This document shows, in pieces, positions 21,181-34,887 of a stretch of 64,000 nt of DNA. The position numbers and the translations under genes were made by a program. Positions within the stretch are counted from its first letter, which is position 1. Every line of letters begins with the position of its first letter. Source of the DNA: an uncultured Paraperlucidibaca sp. (GTDB taxonomy: Bacteria > Pseudomonadota > Gammaproteobacteria > Pseudomonadales > Moraxellaceae); contig CAZMVL010000007.1 in assembly GCA_964569335.1 (NCBI GenBank), forward strand, positions 24,027-88,026, in the 5' to 3' direction. The notes below the pieces were generated by a model. That model saw only the letters and a list, made by a program, of their open reading frames with translations. It was not told the DNA's origin and did not search any database.

Positions 21181-23697
21181 ATGAGTACACAACAAAGCAC
21201 AACACAGACCAGTAGCTCGCCTTATGCAGCCACCCCAGGCTTGTCTGCCGAAGCATTGAACATGGCAAGACTGGAACAGGTTCAAAAACAGCTGCCGCGC
21301 TTTATTACCATCACCTTTGTCTGTGTTCTGGTCACCACCTGGTTGCTGTGGGACTGGCCTTACGCCAGCAATCGCAACATCATGATCTGGTGCATCAGCT
21401 TTTCCGTATTTCTGTTAATCCGGCTGGTACTGGTGTGGTGGCTGGGCATGCTGCGCCGGCCCAGCATTTCGCTGATTAGCTGGGCCCTGATGCTCACGGC
21501 ATTTATTACCGGACTATTCTGGTCCACTGCCGGTATTGCCCTGAACCCCCGGATTTTTCCCAGCAATGAGCTACTGGCCGAAGTCACCAGCCGCCAGGCG
21601 CTGCTGTCCGCCATGATCGGAGCGCAGGGCATTTCAGCATTGACCGCCTATGTCGGTCATTTCCGCTCTTTCCTGGCCTTTACCATCGCAATGTACCTGC
21701 CCTCGCTGGCATATCTGCTGCTGCACCCCACCTCAACCTCTTATCTGGTCTTGGTCATTGGTGTCTTCTGGTGGATTTTCCTGATTCTGAGTGCGCGCTA
21801 TTTAAACCGCATGGTGCTGGGTGCACTGGAATTACGCTTTAACAATGAACATCTGATCAACTTCCTGCGTCAGGCTCAATCCCGCACATTGGCCATGAAT
21901 AACCGCCTGACCGGTGAAGTCAGAACACGTACATTGGCAGAGAATAAACTGCAGCAGCTCAATGATGAGCTGGAATCCAGAGTCCACCAACGTACGCTGG
22001 CACTACAGGAAAGCCAGGAAAGCCTGACGCTGGCCATTGAGGCATCCGGCATTGCGTTATGGGACTGGAATCTGAAGGAAGGCACACTGAGTCACACCAA
22101 CCTCATGCCAATCCTGGGCTGTGAGGGACTGACACATCGCAGCGTGCGTGCCGAGGCCAGACGACTAATACACCCTGACGACCTGCATCAGGTCATGAAT
22201 GACATGATTGGCCATTTGCGGCGAATCACGCCCACTTACGAATCTCGCTATCGTGTCCAGCACCAGCAAGGTCACTGGGTCTGGGTCGAAGACAAGGGAC
22301 GTGTCGTGGAGTGGCAGTCTGATGGCAAACCTTTGCGTATTCTGGGTATTCGCCGCGATATTTCCGCCGAATACAAAGCGCTTGAGGCACAACGCAAACT
22401 GGATTATCTGGCCAACTATGATCGCCTCACCCAGCTCGCCAATCGCCGACAATTCCGTAATCGTCTGCACTCGGCCATCAGCGCTGCCCGTGAAGCCAAT
22501 GGCATGCTGGGCGTTATTTATCTGAATCTTGATCGTTTCCGGCAGATCAACGAAACCCTGGGATTTGAAGTAGGTGATGCCATTCTGCGTGAAACCGGAC
22601 GCAGACTATCTGAAATTGGCACTGACTTTGACACTATTGCTCGCCTCAGTGCCGATGAATTCGCCATTATTTATACCGAGCTGCGCGACCCCACCGACCT
22701 CGACCGAATTTGCGAAGAAGTGATCGGCATCTTGCGCATGCCCTTTAACATCGGTGATCACGAGCTGCTGCTGGGCACCTCACTGGGTGTCAGTATTTTC
22801 CCGGATCATGGTCGTGAGCTGGTCATCCTGATCAATCATGCCGACCTGGCCATGCAGCAGGCCAAACGTCTTGGCGGCAATCAATATCGCTTCTACAACT
22901 CGGATATGCGCAGTGCCACCGTTGAACAACTAAATCTGGAAAACAGTCTGCGCAAGGCCATTTTCCGCGATGAGTTTGTGGTGCATTACCAACCCAAGGT
23001 AGCACTATCAACCAATCGCATTGTCGGCATGGAAGCACTGGTGCGTTGGCAACACCCCACACTGGGATTATTGCAGCCTGGCCGATTTATTCCGCTGGCA
23101 GAAGAAACCGGCCTGATTGCGGTGATCACGGAGCGTGTTCTGCAACAGGCCACTCGCCAGGTTAAAGCATGGAGCGATCAGGGCTTGGGAGCACTGACAG
23201 TGGCGATCAATATTCCGCCGCAACAATTACGCAAAGGCAATTTATTACACACCTTAAAAGAGGCGCTTGAAAGCTCTGGACTGCCCGCCAATCAATTGGA
23301 ACTTGAACTGACAGAGTCATCACTGATGGATGATCCGGATCTGGCCATCAAGATTCTGGGCGAAGCGCGTGCACGCGGCATGCTGATTGCACTGGATGAC
23401 TTTGGTACCGGATATTCATCACTCAGCTATCTGCGTCGTTTCCCGCTGGACACCTTAAAGATCGACCAGACTTTTGTTAAGGATCTGGGCAAAAGTGAAG
23501 AGGATGGTGCCATTGTACGCGCCATCATCACCATGGCTCACCAGCTTGGCATGACGGTCACTGCCGAAGGCATCGAAACAGCCTGCCACCTGGACTTCCT
23601 GATTCGTGAACGTTGCGACTATGTGCAGGGTTATTACATCAGCCGCCCGATCACCGCAGAAGCAATGACCGAGCTATTGATTGAACAAAAAGCCTAA
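21181..23697 (+). CDS. Membrane-bound PAS-GGDEF(degenerate)-EAL c-di-GMP protein
   Basis: About 5 N-terminal TM segments, a coiled coil and PAS/PAC; SADEF in place of GGDEF; intact EAL and DDFGTGYSS. Confidence 0.9.
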   Translation: MSTQQSTTQTSSSPYAATPGLSAEALNMARLEQVQKQLPRFITITFVCVLVTTWLLWDWPYASNRNIMIWCISFSVFLLIRLVLVWWLGMLRRPSISLISWALMLTAFITGLFWSTAGIALNPRIFPSNELLAEVTSRQALLSAMIGAQGISALTAYVGHFRSFLAFTIAMYLPSLAYLLLHPTSTSYLVLVIGVFWWIFLILSARYLNRMVLGALELRFNNEHLINFLRQAQSRTLAMNNRLTGEVRTRTLAENKLQQLNDELESRVHQRTLALQESQESLTLAIEASGIALWDWNLKEGTLSHTNLMPILGCEGLTHRSVRAEARRLIHPDDLHQVMNDMIGHLRRITPTYESRYRVQHQQGHWVWVEDKGRVVEWQSDGKPLRILGIRRDISAEYKALEAQRKLDYLANYDRLTQLANRRQFRNRLHSAISAAREANGMLGVIYLNLDRFRQINETLGFEVGDAILRETGRRLSEIGTDFDTIARLSADEFAIIYTELRDPTDLDRICEEVIGILRMPFNIGDHELLLGTSLGVSIFPDHGRELVILINHADLAMQQAKRLGGNQYRFYNSDMRSATVEQLNLENSLRKAIFRDEFVVHYQPKVALSTNRIVGMEALVRWQHPTLGLLQPGRFIPLAEETGLIAVITERVLQQATRQVKAWSDQGLGALTVAINIPPQQLRKGNLLHTLKEALESSGLPANQLELELTESSLMDDPDLAIKILGEARARGMLIALDDFGTGYSSLSYLRRFPLDTLKIDQTFVKDLGKSEEDGAIVRAIITMAHQLGMTVTAEGIETACHLDFLIRERCDYVQGYYISRPITAEAMTELLIEQKA

Positions 23698-24368
23698 ACC
23701 GGATCTTTCTGACCAGAAATACGCTGCCAGCAGCCGGTTTGGTAAAAGTGCTCAACACTGGAGAAGAAAATCATCATATAACCCACCAGCTCCAGTGTTT
23801 CTTCAATCATACGTTTGAACGTATTCATATATTCAGCGCCCATGATGAGCTGGAACAAAGGCCCGTGAGCCACAATCTGAGCCAGGGGAATAGCCACCAT
23901 AAAACCAGCCCACGCCAACGGCATGCCACGCATGGTTATGAAGGTAGCCAGCTGTCGTGGAAAAGACTGACGCCCTTGCACAATGACATAAACCAGCATG
24001 ATCAATACGATAGTGCCAAGCAGCTCCCAACCCAGCACAGGCATCATGCGATCCCAAAAGGCATCACCCTCACGCACAACAGCAAATACTGCTAATAACG
24101 CCATCGTTTTGGCCAGCACACCGTGATGCTCGGCACTCAACCTGGCTACCGCAGCATAAATAATTGCTGTCAGTGCAAGCAGGCTCATTTGCAGATTCTC
24201 AACCCAATGCCCCTCATAAAACGCATCCAGACCTTCATTAATAATGATGGCTTTTAACGACAGGGCAAACGCCGTAATCATCGCGGTATAAACAAAGAAC
24301 CGGGTCAATACACTGATAATGGTGACTCGTTCCGCCTTGGTCAATGAAGTTGAATGTTGTGTTGTCAT
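23694..24368 (-). CDS. Uncharacterised 6-TM membrane protein
   Basis: Hydrophobic segments with WVEN.Q, VRE.D and IEETLELVGY motifs; starts 4 nt after the glmS stop. Confidence 0.7.
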   Translation of the reverse strand: MTTQHSTSLTKAERVTIISVLTRFFVYTAMITAFALSLKAIIINEGLDAFYEGHWVENLQMSLLALTAIIYAAVARLSAEHHGVLAKTMALLAVFAVVREGDAFWDRMMPVLGWELLGTIVLIMLVYVIVQGRQSFPRQLATFITMRGMPLAWAGFMVAIPLAQIVAHGPLFQLIMGAEYMNTFKRMIEETLELVGYMMIFFSSVEHFYQTGCWQRISGQKDPV

Positions 24369-24372
24369 ATCC

Positions 24373-26199
24373 CTACTCTACAGTGACAGATTTTGCTAGG
24401 TTTCTGGGTTGATCCACATCCGTGCCTTTAATCACAGCCACGTGATAAGACAGCAACTGCAGAGGAATGGTGTAGACAATAGGAGCTACCTCATCTTTTA
24501 CATGAGGAATGGAGAATACCTTCAGACCAGGCTCAGCACGCACATCAGCGTACTCATCCGCAAAAACATACAGCACACCAGCACGCGCACGTACTTCCTG
24601 CAAATTGGATTTCAGCTTATCAATCAGGTCATTATTAGGTGCCACGGCCACCACAGGCATATCTTGATCCACCAGCGCCAGCGGGCCATGTTTCAGCTCG
24701 CCAGCGGGATAAGCCTCGGCATGGATATAGGAAATTTCCTTAAGCTTGAGTGCACCCTCCATAGCCACCGGATATTGAGCGCCACGTCCCAGAAACAAGG
24801 TGTGATGCTTCTCGCCAAACTCCACAGCGATACGCTCAATAGCTTTATCCAGCGCCAGCACACCCTCAAGGTGGCTCGGCAATGCCATCAACTGATCAAC
24901 AATATCTGCCTCACGAGCCGGTTCCAGATTGCCTTGACGACGACCCGTTGCCAGCACCAGCAACATCAATGCCACCAGCTGTGTGGTAAAGGCCTTGGTT
25001 GACGCCACTCCGATCTCTGGCCCTGCCATGGTAATAAACGCCATGTCGGACTCACGCACCAGCGTCGATGTCGGCACATTACAAATACACAATGAGCCCA
25101 GCGCGCGTTGCTTCACCTCACGCAGTGCCGCCAGGGTGTCTGCCGTTTCACCGGACTGTGAAATAGTGACCACCAGCGTATCGCTGGGCAGCACGGTGGT
25201 GCGATAACGAAACTCGCTGGCCACCTCAATATGGCAGGAAATACCGGCAATGGCCTCAAACCAGTACTTGGCCACAAACCCCGCGTGATAGCTGGTACCA
25301 CAGGCCAGAATCTGAATATGTTTGGCCTTGGCCAGCAACTCGGCGGCACGCGGACCAAACGCGTCGACATCCACCTTGCCGTCACTGACACGTCCGCTCA
25401 AGGTGCGCTGAACCGCCAATGGCTGCTCATAAATTTCCTTCAGCATGAAGTGTTTGTAGCCCGCCTTATCCGTCGCATGCAGCGTCGCGTCCAGCTCGGT
25501 AGCAGCACGCTTGATCAACGTACCCTGCTTATCCCAGATCGTGACCCTGTCGCGAGTCAACTCAACAAAATCACCTTCTTCCAGGTAAATAAATCGATTG
25601 GTCACAGGCAGCAAGGCCAGCTGGTCTGATGCCAGAAAATGCTCACCAATACCCAGACCAACAACCAGGGGCGAACCCTGACGAACAGCCAGAATGCGCT
25701 CTGGCTCCGAGGCGCGAATAATCCCCAAGGCAAAAGCACCATGCAATTGCGCCACCGCACGACGAACTGCATCAATAAACTCACCACCCTGACGCAGCTC
25801 GTATTGAATCAAATGCGGCACAACTTCTGTGTCGGTTTGCGACTGAAACACAAAACCTGCTGCCTGTAATTGCTCTCGCAGTGCTTCGTAGTTTTCAATA
25901 ATGCCGTTATGGACTACCGCCACATCATCTGACTGATGCGGGTGAGCATTGTCCTGTGTGGGTGCGCCATGAGTAGCCCAACGCGTATGTGCAATGCCAA
26001 CCTGACCTGACACCTTTTGCCCATGTACTGCATCAGCCAACGCCTGCACCTTGCCCGTTTGACGCTCACGCACAATGCTGTCCGCATGAACCACCGCCAA
26101 TCCGGCAGAGTCATAACCGCGGTATTCCAGACGGCGCAAACCCTCAATCAGCACATCCGTAATATTCCGCTCGCCAATAGCGCCAACAATTCCACACAT
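24373..26199 (-). CDS. glmS: Glutamine-fructose-6-phosphate transaminase
   Basis: MCGIVG N-terminus, HTRWATHG, C-terminal PRNLAKSVTVE. Confidence 0.98.
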   Translation of the reverse strand: MCGIVGAIGERNITDVLIEGLRRLEYRGYDSAGLAVVHADSIVRERQTGKVQALADAVHGQKVSGQVGIAHTRWATHGAPTQDNAHPHQSDDVAVVHNGIIENYEALREQLQAAGFVFQSQTDTEVVPHLIQYELRQGGEFIDAVRRAVAQLHGAFALGIIRASEPERILAVRQGSPLVVGLGIGEHFLASDQLALLPVTNRFIYLEEGDFVELTRDRVTIWDKQGTLIKRAATELDATLHATDKAGYKHFMLKEIYEQPLAVQRTLSGRVSDGKVDVDAFGPRAAELLAKAKHIQILACGTSYHAGFVAKYWFEAIAGISCHIEVASEFRYRTTVLPSDTLVVTISQSGETADTLAALREVKQRALGSLCICNVPTSTLVRESDMAFITMAGPEIGVASTKAFTTQLVALMLLVLATGRRQGNLEPAREADIVDQLMALPSHLEGVLALDKAIERIAVEFGEKHHTLFLGRGAQYPVAMEGALKLKEISYIHAEAYPAGELKHGPLALVDQDMPVVAVAPNNDLIDKLKSNLQEVRARAGVLYVFADEYADVRAEPGLKVFSIPHVKDEVAPIVYTIPLQLLSYHVAVIKGTDVDQPRNLAKSVTVE

Positions 26200-26209
26200 A
26201 TCAAACCCC

Positions 26210-27589
26210 TTATTTTGCCGACGCTTTTGCTGCTTTCACCGGACGTTGCCAATTCGCAATGGAAACCTGCTTTGCTCGTCCAACGGCCAAGGTATCTGGC
26301 GATACTTCTTTACTGATGGTCGAACCAGCACCCGTTGTAGCACCAGCGCCAATGGTCAATGGTGCCACCAATGAGTTATTGGTACCGATAAAGGCATGAT
26401 CACCAATAACCGTCTTGTGCTTATTAGCGCCATCATAATTACAGGTGATTGTACCGGCGCCAATATTAACGCCCTGACCAATTTCACTGTCGCCCAGATA
26501 AGCCAGATGATTAGCCTTTGAGCCTTCGCCCATTTGCGTAGCCTTGGTCTCGACAAAATTGCCGATATGCACCGAATCAGCCAACACGCTACCGGGGCGA
26601 ATCCGCGCAAATGGGCCAATCTGCGCATGCTTACCAATGACAGCGGAGTCAATTACGCTGTATGGCTTGATCTGTGTCCCTGCACCAATCTCGCAGTCCT
26701 TAAGCACACAACCTGTGGCTACAGTAACATTGTCACCCAGCACAACCCGCCCTTCGATGATGACACCAGCATCCAGACTCACATCCATGCCGTGCTCCAG
26801 CTGACCACGAATATCAACACGCAGCGGGTCCAAAATAGTGACTCCGGCACGCATTAACGCGTTAGCCTGGGCCTGTTGCCAGACACGCTCCAGCGCCGCC
26901 AACTGCACCTTGTCATTTACCCCTTCCACTTCCCACAAGGTGTCGGGGTGCACCGCATTAATCTCTACACCTGCGGCATTGGCCAGACCAATCAGGTCCG
27001 TTAAATAATACTCACCCTGTGCGTTGTTATTTTTCAGTGCAGGCAACCAGGCATGCAACAAGGCATTCGGTACACATAAAATACCGGTATTCACTTCAGT
27101 GATCTTAAGCTGCTCGGCATTGGCATCTTTCTGCTCAACAATCTGCACCACACGATCATGCTCACGCACAATCCGACCATAACCCGTGGGGTCAGGCAGG
27201 TGTACTGTCAGTAATCCCAAGCATTTATCATCACGTACGGTGGCCACCAGACGCTCCAGGGTAGGCACCGAAATCAGCGGAACATCACCGTATAAAATCA
27301 GACTATTGCCGGTTGCTGGCAGATCTGGCAACGCCACTTGCACCGCATGACCCGTACCTTTTTGCTCGGCCTGTAATACCCATTGCAAAGATTCTTGCTG
27401 AAAATATTGCTGTACCAGCTCACCGCCGTGACCATACACCACGATCGGACACACTGCGCCCAGCTTTCTCGCCGTGGTAATGACATGTTGTAACAAAGGC
27501 CTGCCTGCCAGTGGCTGCATAACCTTGGGCAATGCAGACCGCATGCGAGTCCCTTTGCCTGCCGCCAGAATCACAACATGTAAACTCAT
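26210..27589 (-). CDS. glmU: Bifunctional UDP-GlcNAc pyrophosphorylase/acetyltransferase
   Basis: [12 protein letters not shown], hexapeptide repeats, CNYDGANK. Confidence 0.97.
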   Translation of the reverse strand: MSLHVVILAAGKGTRMRSALPKVMQPLAGRPLLQHVITTARKLGAVCPIVVYGHGGELVQQYFQQESLQWVLQAEQKGTGHAVQVALPDLPATGNSLILYGDVPLISVPTLERLVATVRDDKCLGLLTVHLPDPTGYGRIVREHDRVVQIVEQKDANAEQLKITEVNTGILCVPNALLHAWLPALKNNNAQGEYYLTDLIGLANAAGVEINAVHPDTLWEVEGVNDKVQLAALERVWQQAQANALMRAGVTILDPLRVDIRGQLEHGMDVSLDAGVIIEGRVVLGDNVTVATGCVLKDCEIGAGTQIKPYSVIDSAVIGKHAQIGPFARIRPGSVLADSVHIGNFVETKATQMGEGSKANHLAYLGDSEIGQGVNIGAGTITCNYDGANKHKTVIGDHAFIGTNNSLVAPLTIGAGATTGAGSTISKEVSPDTLAVGRAKQVSIANWQRPVKAAKASAK

Positions 27590-27648
27590 AGGCTTGATCT
27601 TCCTGTCAAAAGAATCCTTATATTAACTGATCCCATTTTAGCAGACAT

Positions 27649-27676
27649 AAAAAAGGGCAGCCTAAGCTGCCCTTTT
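27649..27676 (-). terminator. Rho-independent terminator of the atp operon
   Basis: A6-GGGCAGC-CTAA-GCTGCCC-T4 just after atpC. Confidence 0.9.
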
Positions 27677-27691
27677 AGACGCATGGAATGA

Positions 27692-28120
27692 TCAACCACG
27701 TCCTGCGCGATTTTTCATCGCCTGCAAGGTACGCAATTGCGCAGCCGCTTCGGCTAACGCCGCCAATGCGGCTGACGTATCCATCTCACCTTTTTGATTG
27801 GCCAGTGTTTCAGCGGCATGATTACGCGCTTCAATCGCTGCCGCCTCATCCACATCCTTGGCACGAACAGCAGTGTCCGCCAATACGGTCACGATAGTTG
27901 GCTGAACTTCCAGTACACCACCCGACACGTAATAGATGTTTTCTTCACCATTTTCCAGCAACACACGGACAGGGCCCGGTGACAGTTGTGTCAACAGCGG
28001 GGCGTGACCGGGCAAAATACCCAGATCACCCTGTAAGCCATGCGCAACGACCATGGTCACCGTACCGGCAAAAATTGACTCTTTTGCACTGACGATGTCG
28101 CATTTCATTGTGTTAGCCAT
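27692..28120 (-). CDS. atpC: ATP synthase epsilon
   Basis: GILPGHAPLL, SGGVLEVQP. Confidence 0.96.
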   Translation of the reverse strand: MANTMKCDIVSAKESIFAGTVTMVVAHGLQGDLGILPGHAPLLTQLSPGPVRVLLENGEENIYYVSGGVLEVQPTIVTVLADTAVRAKDVDEAAAIEARNHAAETLANQKGEMDTSAALAALAEAAAQLRTLQAMKNRAGRG

Positions 28121-28144
28121 TTACTACTCCCAGCCGTCAGGCCA

Positions 28145-29554
<1,410 letters not shown>

Positions 29555-29590
29555 TCAAACTCGCAGTATTCAAACGGGTCATGCGATGCC

Positions 29591-30460
29591 TTAAACGGCA
29601 GCCGCACCGCCCACGATTTCCGAAATTTCTTGGGTAATTGCGGCCTGACGCAGCTTGTTGTAAACCAACTGCAAGCTACGAATCAGATCGCCAGCGTTAT
29701 CGGTAGCCGACTTCATGGCTACCATTCGCGCTGCTTGTTCACAGGCGATGTTTTCAACAACGCCTTGGTACACCTGAGACTCGATAAAACGAACCAACAG
29801 GGCGTCGAGCAAAGGCTTGGCCTCAGGCTCATACAGGTAATCCCAGTTGGCATCGCGTTCCATCAGGCCATCATTTTCATCTTTAGCCAAAGGCAACAGC
29901 TGCTGCAATGTGGGCTTTTGCGTCATGGTGTTTACGAACTCGTTAGACACCATGTACAGGCGATCAATCTGACCACTCTCAAAATGCTCCAACATCACCT
30001 TGACGCTGCCAATCAGTGCATCCAGCGATGGCTGATCACCCAGATGAGTTTTAGCTGCACTGATCTGACCACCATAGCTTTTGAAGAATGTGGTCGCCTT
30101 GGTACCGATCAGGCAGAACTCAACATCAACGCCTTGTTCTTTGAAGTCACGCACACTGGCAGCAACCGCTTTAAACAGGTTGATGTTCAAGCCACCACAC
30201 AAGCCACGGTCCGAAGACACCACAATGTAGCCGACACGCTTGACTGGGCGCTCAATCAGATAGCTGTGCTTATACTCCGTCGTGGCCGCCGCAACATGCG
30301 ACACCACTTGACGAATTTTCTGCGCATAAGGCTTGCCGGACGCCATGCGTTCCTGCGCTTTACGCATCTTAGACGCTGCCACCAATTGCATAGCCTTGGT
30401 GATCTTCTGCGTGCTCTTGATGCTGGCAACCTTGATGCGAATTTCTTTTAAGCTGGCCAT
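29591..30460 (-). CDS. atpG: ATP synthase gamma
   Basis: [23 protein letters not shown]. Confidence 0.98.
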   Translation of the reverse strand: MASLKEIRIKVASIKSTQKITKAMQLVAASKMRKAQERMASGKPYAQKIRQVVSHVAAATTEYKHSYLIERPVKRVGYIVVSSDRGLCGGLNINLFKAVAASVRDFKEQGVDVEFCLIGTKATTFFKSYGGQISAAKTHLGDQPSLDALIGSVKVMLEHFESGQIDRLYMVSNEFVNTMTQKPTLQQLLPLAKDENDGLMERDANWDYLYEPEAKPLLDALLVRFIESQVYQGVVENIACEQAARMVAMKSATDNAGDLIRSLQLVYNKLRQAAITQEISEIVGGAAAV

Positions 30461-30517
30461 AGCCTCACCAAATCTTGTCTGTGTTCTGGGCCGGTGGTGC
30501 CGGCCCGGTCACGGCAC

Positions 30518-32062
30518 TTACCAGGTCTGGGTTGCCTTAAACTTCTCGATACCAGCACGCAGTTCAGCTTCAATCGCGCCGTCATAGTTTGCTGTGGCAT
30601 TGATATTATCCATCAGTGCCTTGCATTCACTATTCAGGTAGCTGTGCAATGCAGACTCGAATGGCAACACCTTAGCCACTTCGATATCGCCCAGGTAACC
30701 TTCGTTAGCTGCAAAAATGGACACAGCCATTTCAGCAATGCTCATTGGGCTATATTGCTTTTGCTTCATCAGCTCGGTTACGCGCTGACCGTGCTCAAGT
30801 TGCTTACGGGTCGCTTCGTCAAGATCAGAAGCAAACTGGGCAAACGCCGCCAGTTCACGATACTGAGCCAAAGAAGTACGAATACCACCGGACAGCTTTT
30901 TGATGATCTTGGTTTGCGCAGCACCACCCACACGAGATACCGAAATACCGGCGTTAACCGCAGGACGGATACCCGAGTTGAACAATGATGTTTCCAGGAA
31001 GATCTGACCGTCGGTAATCGAAATTACGTTGGTTGGAACGAACGCAGAAACGTCACCAGCCTGAGTTTCAATGATTGGCAATGCAGTCAGCGAACCAGTC
31101 TTGCCCTTCACTTCACCGTTGGTGAACTTCTCGACATATTCTTCGGATACGCGAGATGCGCGCTCCAACAGACGGGAGTGGAGATAGAACACGTCGCCAG
31201 GGAACGCTTCACGTCCTGGTGGACGGCGCAACAGCAAGGAAATCTGACGGTAAGCAACAGCTTGCTTGGACAAATCATCATAGATGATCAGCGCGTCTTC
31301 ACCACGATCACGGAAGTACTCACCCATGGTGCAACCAGAGTATGGTGCCAGGAACTGCATGGATGGTGCGTCTGCGGCGGCGGCGGCAACTACGGTGGTG
31401 TAGGCCATGGCACCAAACTCTTCGAGCTTGCGTACCACGTTGGCAATGGTCGATTGCTTCTGACCAACAGCCACGTAAACACACTTAATGCCGGAGTCTT
31501 TCTGCGCAATGATGGCGTCGATAGCCATCGCAGTCTTACCGGTCTGACGGTCGCCAATGATCAGCTCACGCTGGCCACGGCCAATTGGGATCATCGCGTC
31601 AACGGCCTTGTAGCCTGTTTGCACGGGCTGATCGACCGACTTACGCCAAATAACACCAGGTGCAACCTTTTCAACGGCGTCAAACATTTTGGCTTCGATC
31701 GGACCTTTGCCGTCAATCGGATTACCCAGTGCGTCAACCACACGACCCAACATTTCTGGGCCAACGGGGACTTCCAGAATACGACCGGTGCAACGTGCCT
31801 TCTGGCCTTCCTGCAATGACAGGTAGCTGCCCAGAACAACGGCACCAACGGAATCACGCTCAAGGTTGAGGGCCATGCCGAAGACACCGCCGTCGAACTC
31901 GATCATTTCGCCGTACATGACGTCGGCCAAACCGTGGATACGCACAATACCGTCGGATACACCAACGATGGTGCCTTCGTTACGTGCTTCTACGGAGGCA
32001 TTCAGGTCCGCAATGCGGCTCTTGATCAGCTCGCTGATCTCGGAGGGGTTCAAATGCTGCAT
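30518..32062 (-). CDS. atpA: ATP synthase alpha
   Basis: [31 protein letters not shown]. Confidence 0.99.
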   Translation of the reverse strand: MQHLNPSEISELIKSRIADLNASVEARNEGTIVGVSDGIVRIHGLADVMYGEMIEFDGGVFGMALNLERDSVGAVVLGSYLSLQEGQKARCTGRILEVPVGPEMLGRVVDALGNPIDGKGPIEAKMFDAVEKVAPGVIWRKSVDQPVQTGYKAVDAMIPIGRGQRELIIGDRQTGKTAMAIDAIIAQKDSGIKCVYVAVGQKQSTIANVVRKLEEFGAMAYTTVVAAAAADAPSMQFLAPYSGCTMGEYFRDRGEDALIIYDDLSKQAVAYRQISLLLRRPPGREAFPGDVFYLHSRLLERASRVSEEYVEKFTNGEVKGKTGSLTALPIIETQAGDVSAFVPTNVISITDGQIFLETSLFNSGIRPAVNAGISVSRVGGAAQTKIIKKLSGGIRTSLAQYRELAAFAQFASDLDEATRKQLEHGQRVTELMKQKQYSPMSIAEMAVSIFAANEGYLGDIEVAKVLPFESALHSYLNSECKALMDNINATANYDGAIEAELRAGIEKFKATQTW

Positions 32063-32087
32063 GATGCTCTCTTCCTCGAAGGAAATA

Positions 32088-32624
32088 TCAAGAATTCAGT
32101 GTGGCGCCGAGCTTACCCAGCTTGCCTCTTACCGAGGCGTCAATAACTAAATCGCCGGCTCGTATAACCGCACCACCAATGAGTGATGGATCTACGCTAC
32201 AGGTCAAATTTACCTGACGCGTCAATTTTTCTGTCAGTGTCGTTGCCAATGACTGAGTTTGTGCAGCCGACAGAGGAAACGCTGCCGTTACATCAACCTC
32301 AAGCTCGCCTTCCGCTTCGGCACGCATCTCATCAAACAACTCGCGAATCGCAGGCAGAGCCTCTAAACGCTTGTTGCTGGCAAGATTGGTGACAAAGTTG
32401 CTGACGTCACTATCTATTTTGTCACCGCAAACGGCACGAACCGCTTCCGCTTGTTGATTCGAGCTCAGCTCTGGCTTTGCTAAAAACGCACGAAAAGCAC
32501 TGTCATTGACGACGTCAGCCAGCAGACCAAGCATTTCTGCCCACTGCCCCAAGCGCGACTTTTCCTGTGCGTACTGGAAAGCGGCTTTGGCATATGGTCT
32601 TGCTACTGTCGTAATTTCTGCCAT
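32088..32624 (-). CDS. atpH: ATP synthase delta
   Basis: [25 protein letters not shown]. Confidence 0.96.
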   Translation of the reverse strand: MAEITTVARPYAKAAFQYAQEKSRLGQWAEMLGLLADVVNDSAFRAFLAKPELSSNQQAEAVRAVCGDKIDSDVSNFVTNLASNKRLEALPAIRELFDEMRAEAEGELEVDVTAAFPLSAAQTQSLATTLTEKLTRQVNLTCSVDPSLIGGAVIRAGDLVIDASVRGKLGKLGATLNS

Positions 32625-32642
32625 GACGGTCTCGTTTATCTA

Positions 32643-33116
32643 TTAGTTCAACTCAGAAGCCAACTGCTCAAGCATGGCTGCATGACGACCGGCATCTACT
32701 TCGGCTTGCAGGATCTTTTCAGCTCCGGCCAAAGCCAGCGCAGAAACCTGCAAACGCAGCGCATCACGTGCACTGGCACGCTCCTGCTCGATGTCGGCCT
32801 TGGCCTGCGTCAAAATACGCTCGGCTTCAGCAGCAGCTTGTTGCTTTGCCTCTTCAGCCAGCTGGCTGGCACGGCGGTTGGCTTGCTCAATCAGTGCCGC
32901 TGCCTGAACTTTAGCAGCTTGCAATTCTTGCTCTACCTTAGCCGATGCTTGCTCCAGGTCCTGCTTGGCTTTATCAGCCGCGTTCAGACCTTCTGCAACC
33001 TTCTTCTGGCGCTCTTCGAGGGCACCCATAATCGGGGGCCAGACGAATTTCATGCAAAACCAAACAAAGATCGCAAAAGCAATGGCTTGCCCTATCAGGG
33101 TTGCATTGATGTTCAC
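32643..33116 (-). CDS. atpF: ATP synthase b
   Basis: [10 protein letters not shown]...FCMKFVWPP followed by a coiled coil. Confidence 0.96.
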   Translation of the reverse strand: MNINATLIGQAIAFAIFVWFCMKFVWPPIMGALEERQKKVAEGLNAADKAKQDLEQASAKVEQELQAAKVQAAALIEQANRRASQLAEEAKQQAAAEAERILTQAKADIEQERASARDALRLQVSALALAGAEKILQAEVDAGRHAAMLEQLASELN

Positions 33117-33182
33117 GCTATCACCTCATACGTTCTATCGGTTGGTACATCCAACCTACCGGGTTGGTCGCAAGCGACTCGA

Positions 33183-33455
<273 letters not shown>

Positions 33456-33473
33456 TTAGTAGTGGTTGAGTTT

Positions 33474-34385
<912 letters not shown>

Positions 34386-34396
34386 CTACCCGTAAG

Positions 34397-34783
34397 CTAG
34401 TTTGATTTTGTTCGTATCAATGCCGCCGAACCCACCAGCTGCTGCAAAACAAAACCAGTCAGTAGCCAGCCCGTCCTTATCTCTTTAAAGCTGATAAGCA
34501 CTGCTGCAAAAAGCAAGGCGGTGAGTACAAACTTACCGGCCTCGCCTCGAAAAAGCTCTCTTACAATGTGTCGTGCAGATGTTGCACCGGCATGACGAAA
34601 AACGCGCGATACAAAAAAAACCTGCCCAACCAGCACAATTACCGCGCCTACAAGCGCCGCGACAGACGCACTCACGCCGCCCATAAACCACGCAATCAAC
34701 GTCAATGGCAACAAAAAAAGCAACTGCCAGGTTAACTGCTGTAGCGCTGGCTGAATATTTAGCAGCGGCTGTGGTTTGCTCAC
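34397..34783 (-). CDS. atpI: ATP synthase protein I
   Basis: 4-TM protein with FRGEAGK motif; first gene of the atp operon. Confidence 0.85.
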   Translation of the reverse strand: MSKPQPLLNIQPALQQLTWQLLFLLPLTLIAWFMGGVSASVAALVGAVIVLVGQVFFVSRVFRHAGATSARHIVRELFRGEAGKFVLTALLFAAVLISFKEIRTGWLLTGFVLQQLVGSAALIRTKSN

Positions 34784-34838
34784 CTAGTACCTACTGTGTG
34801 GCAGATTTCAGTGTGTGCGACATGCTCAAAGCGCGCGG

Positions 34839-34868
34839 ATTATAGACGACACTTCTTAATCAGGGCAA
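34839..34868 (-). promoter_or_regulatory. Sigma70 promoter of the atp operon
   Basis: TTGCCC-N18-TATAAT followed by a GC-rich discriminator CCGCGCGC. Confidence 0.65.
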
Positions 34869-34887
34869 ATTAAATTAAGTAATTAGC

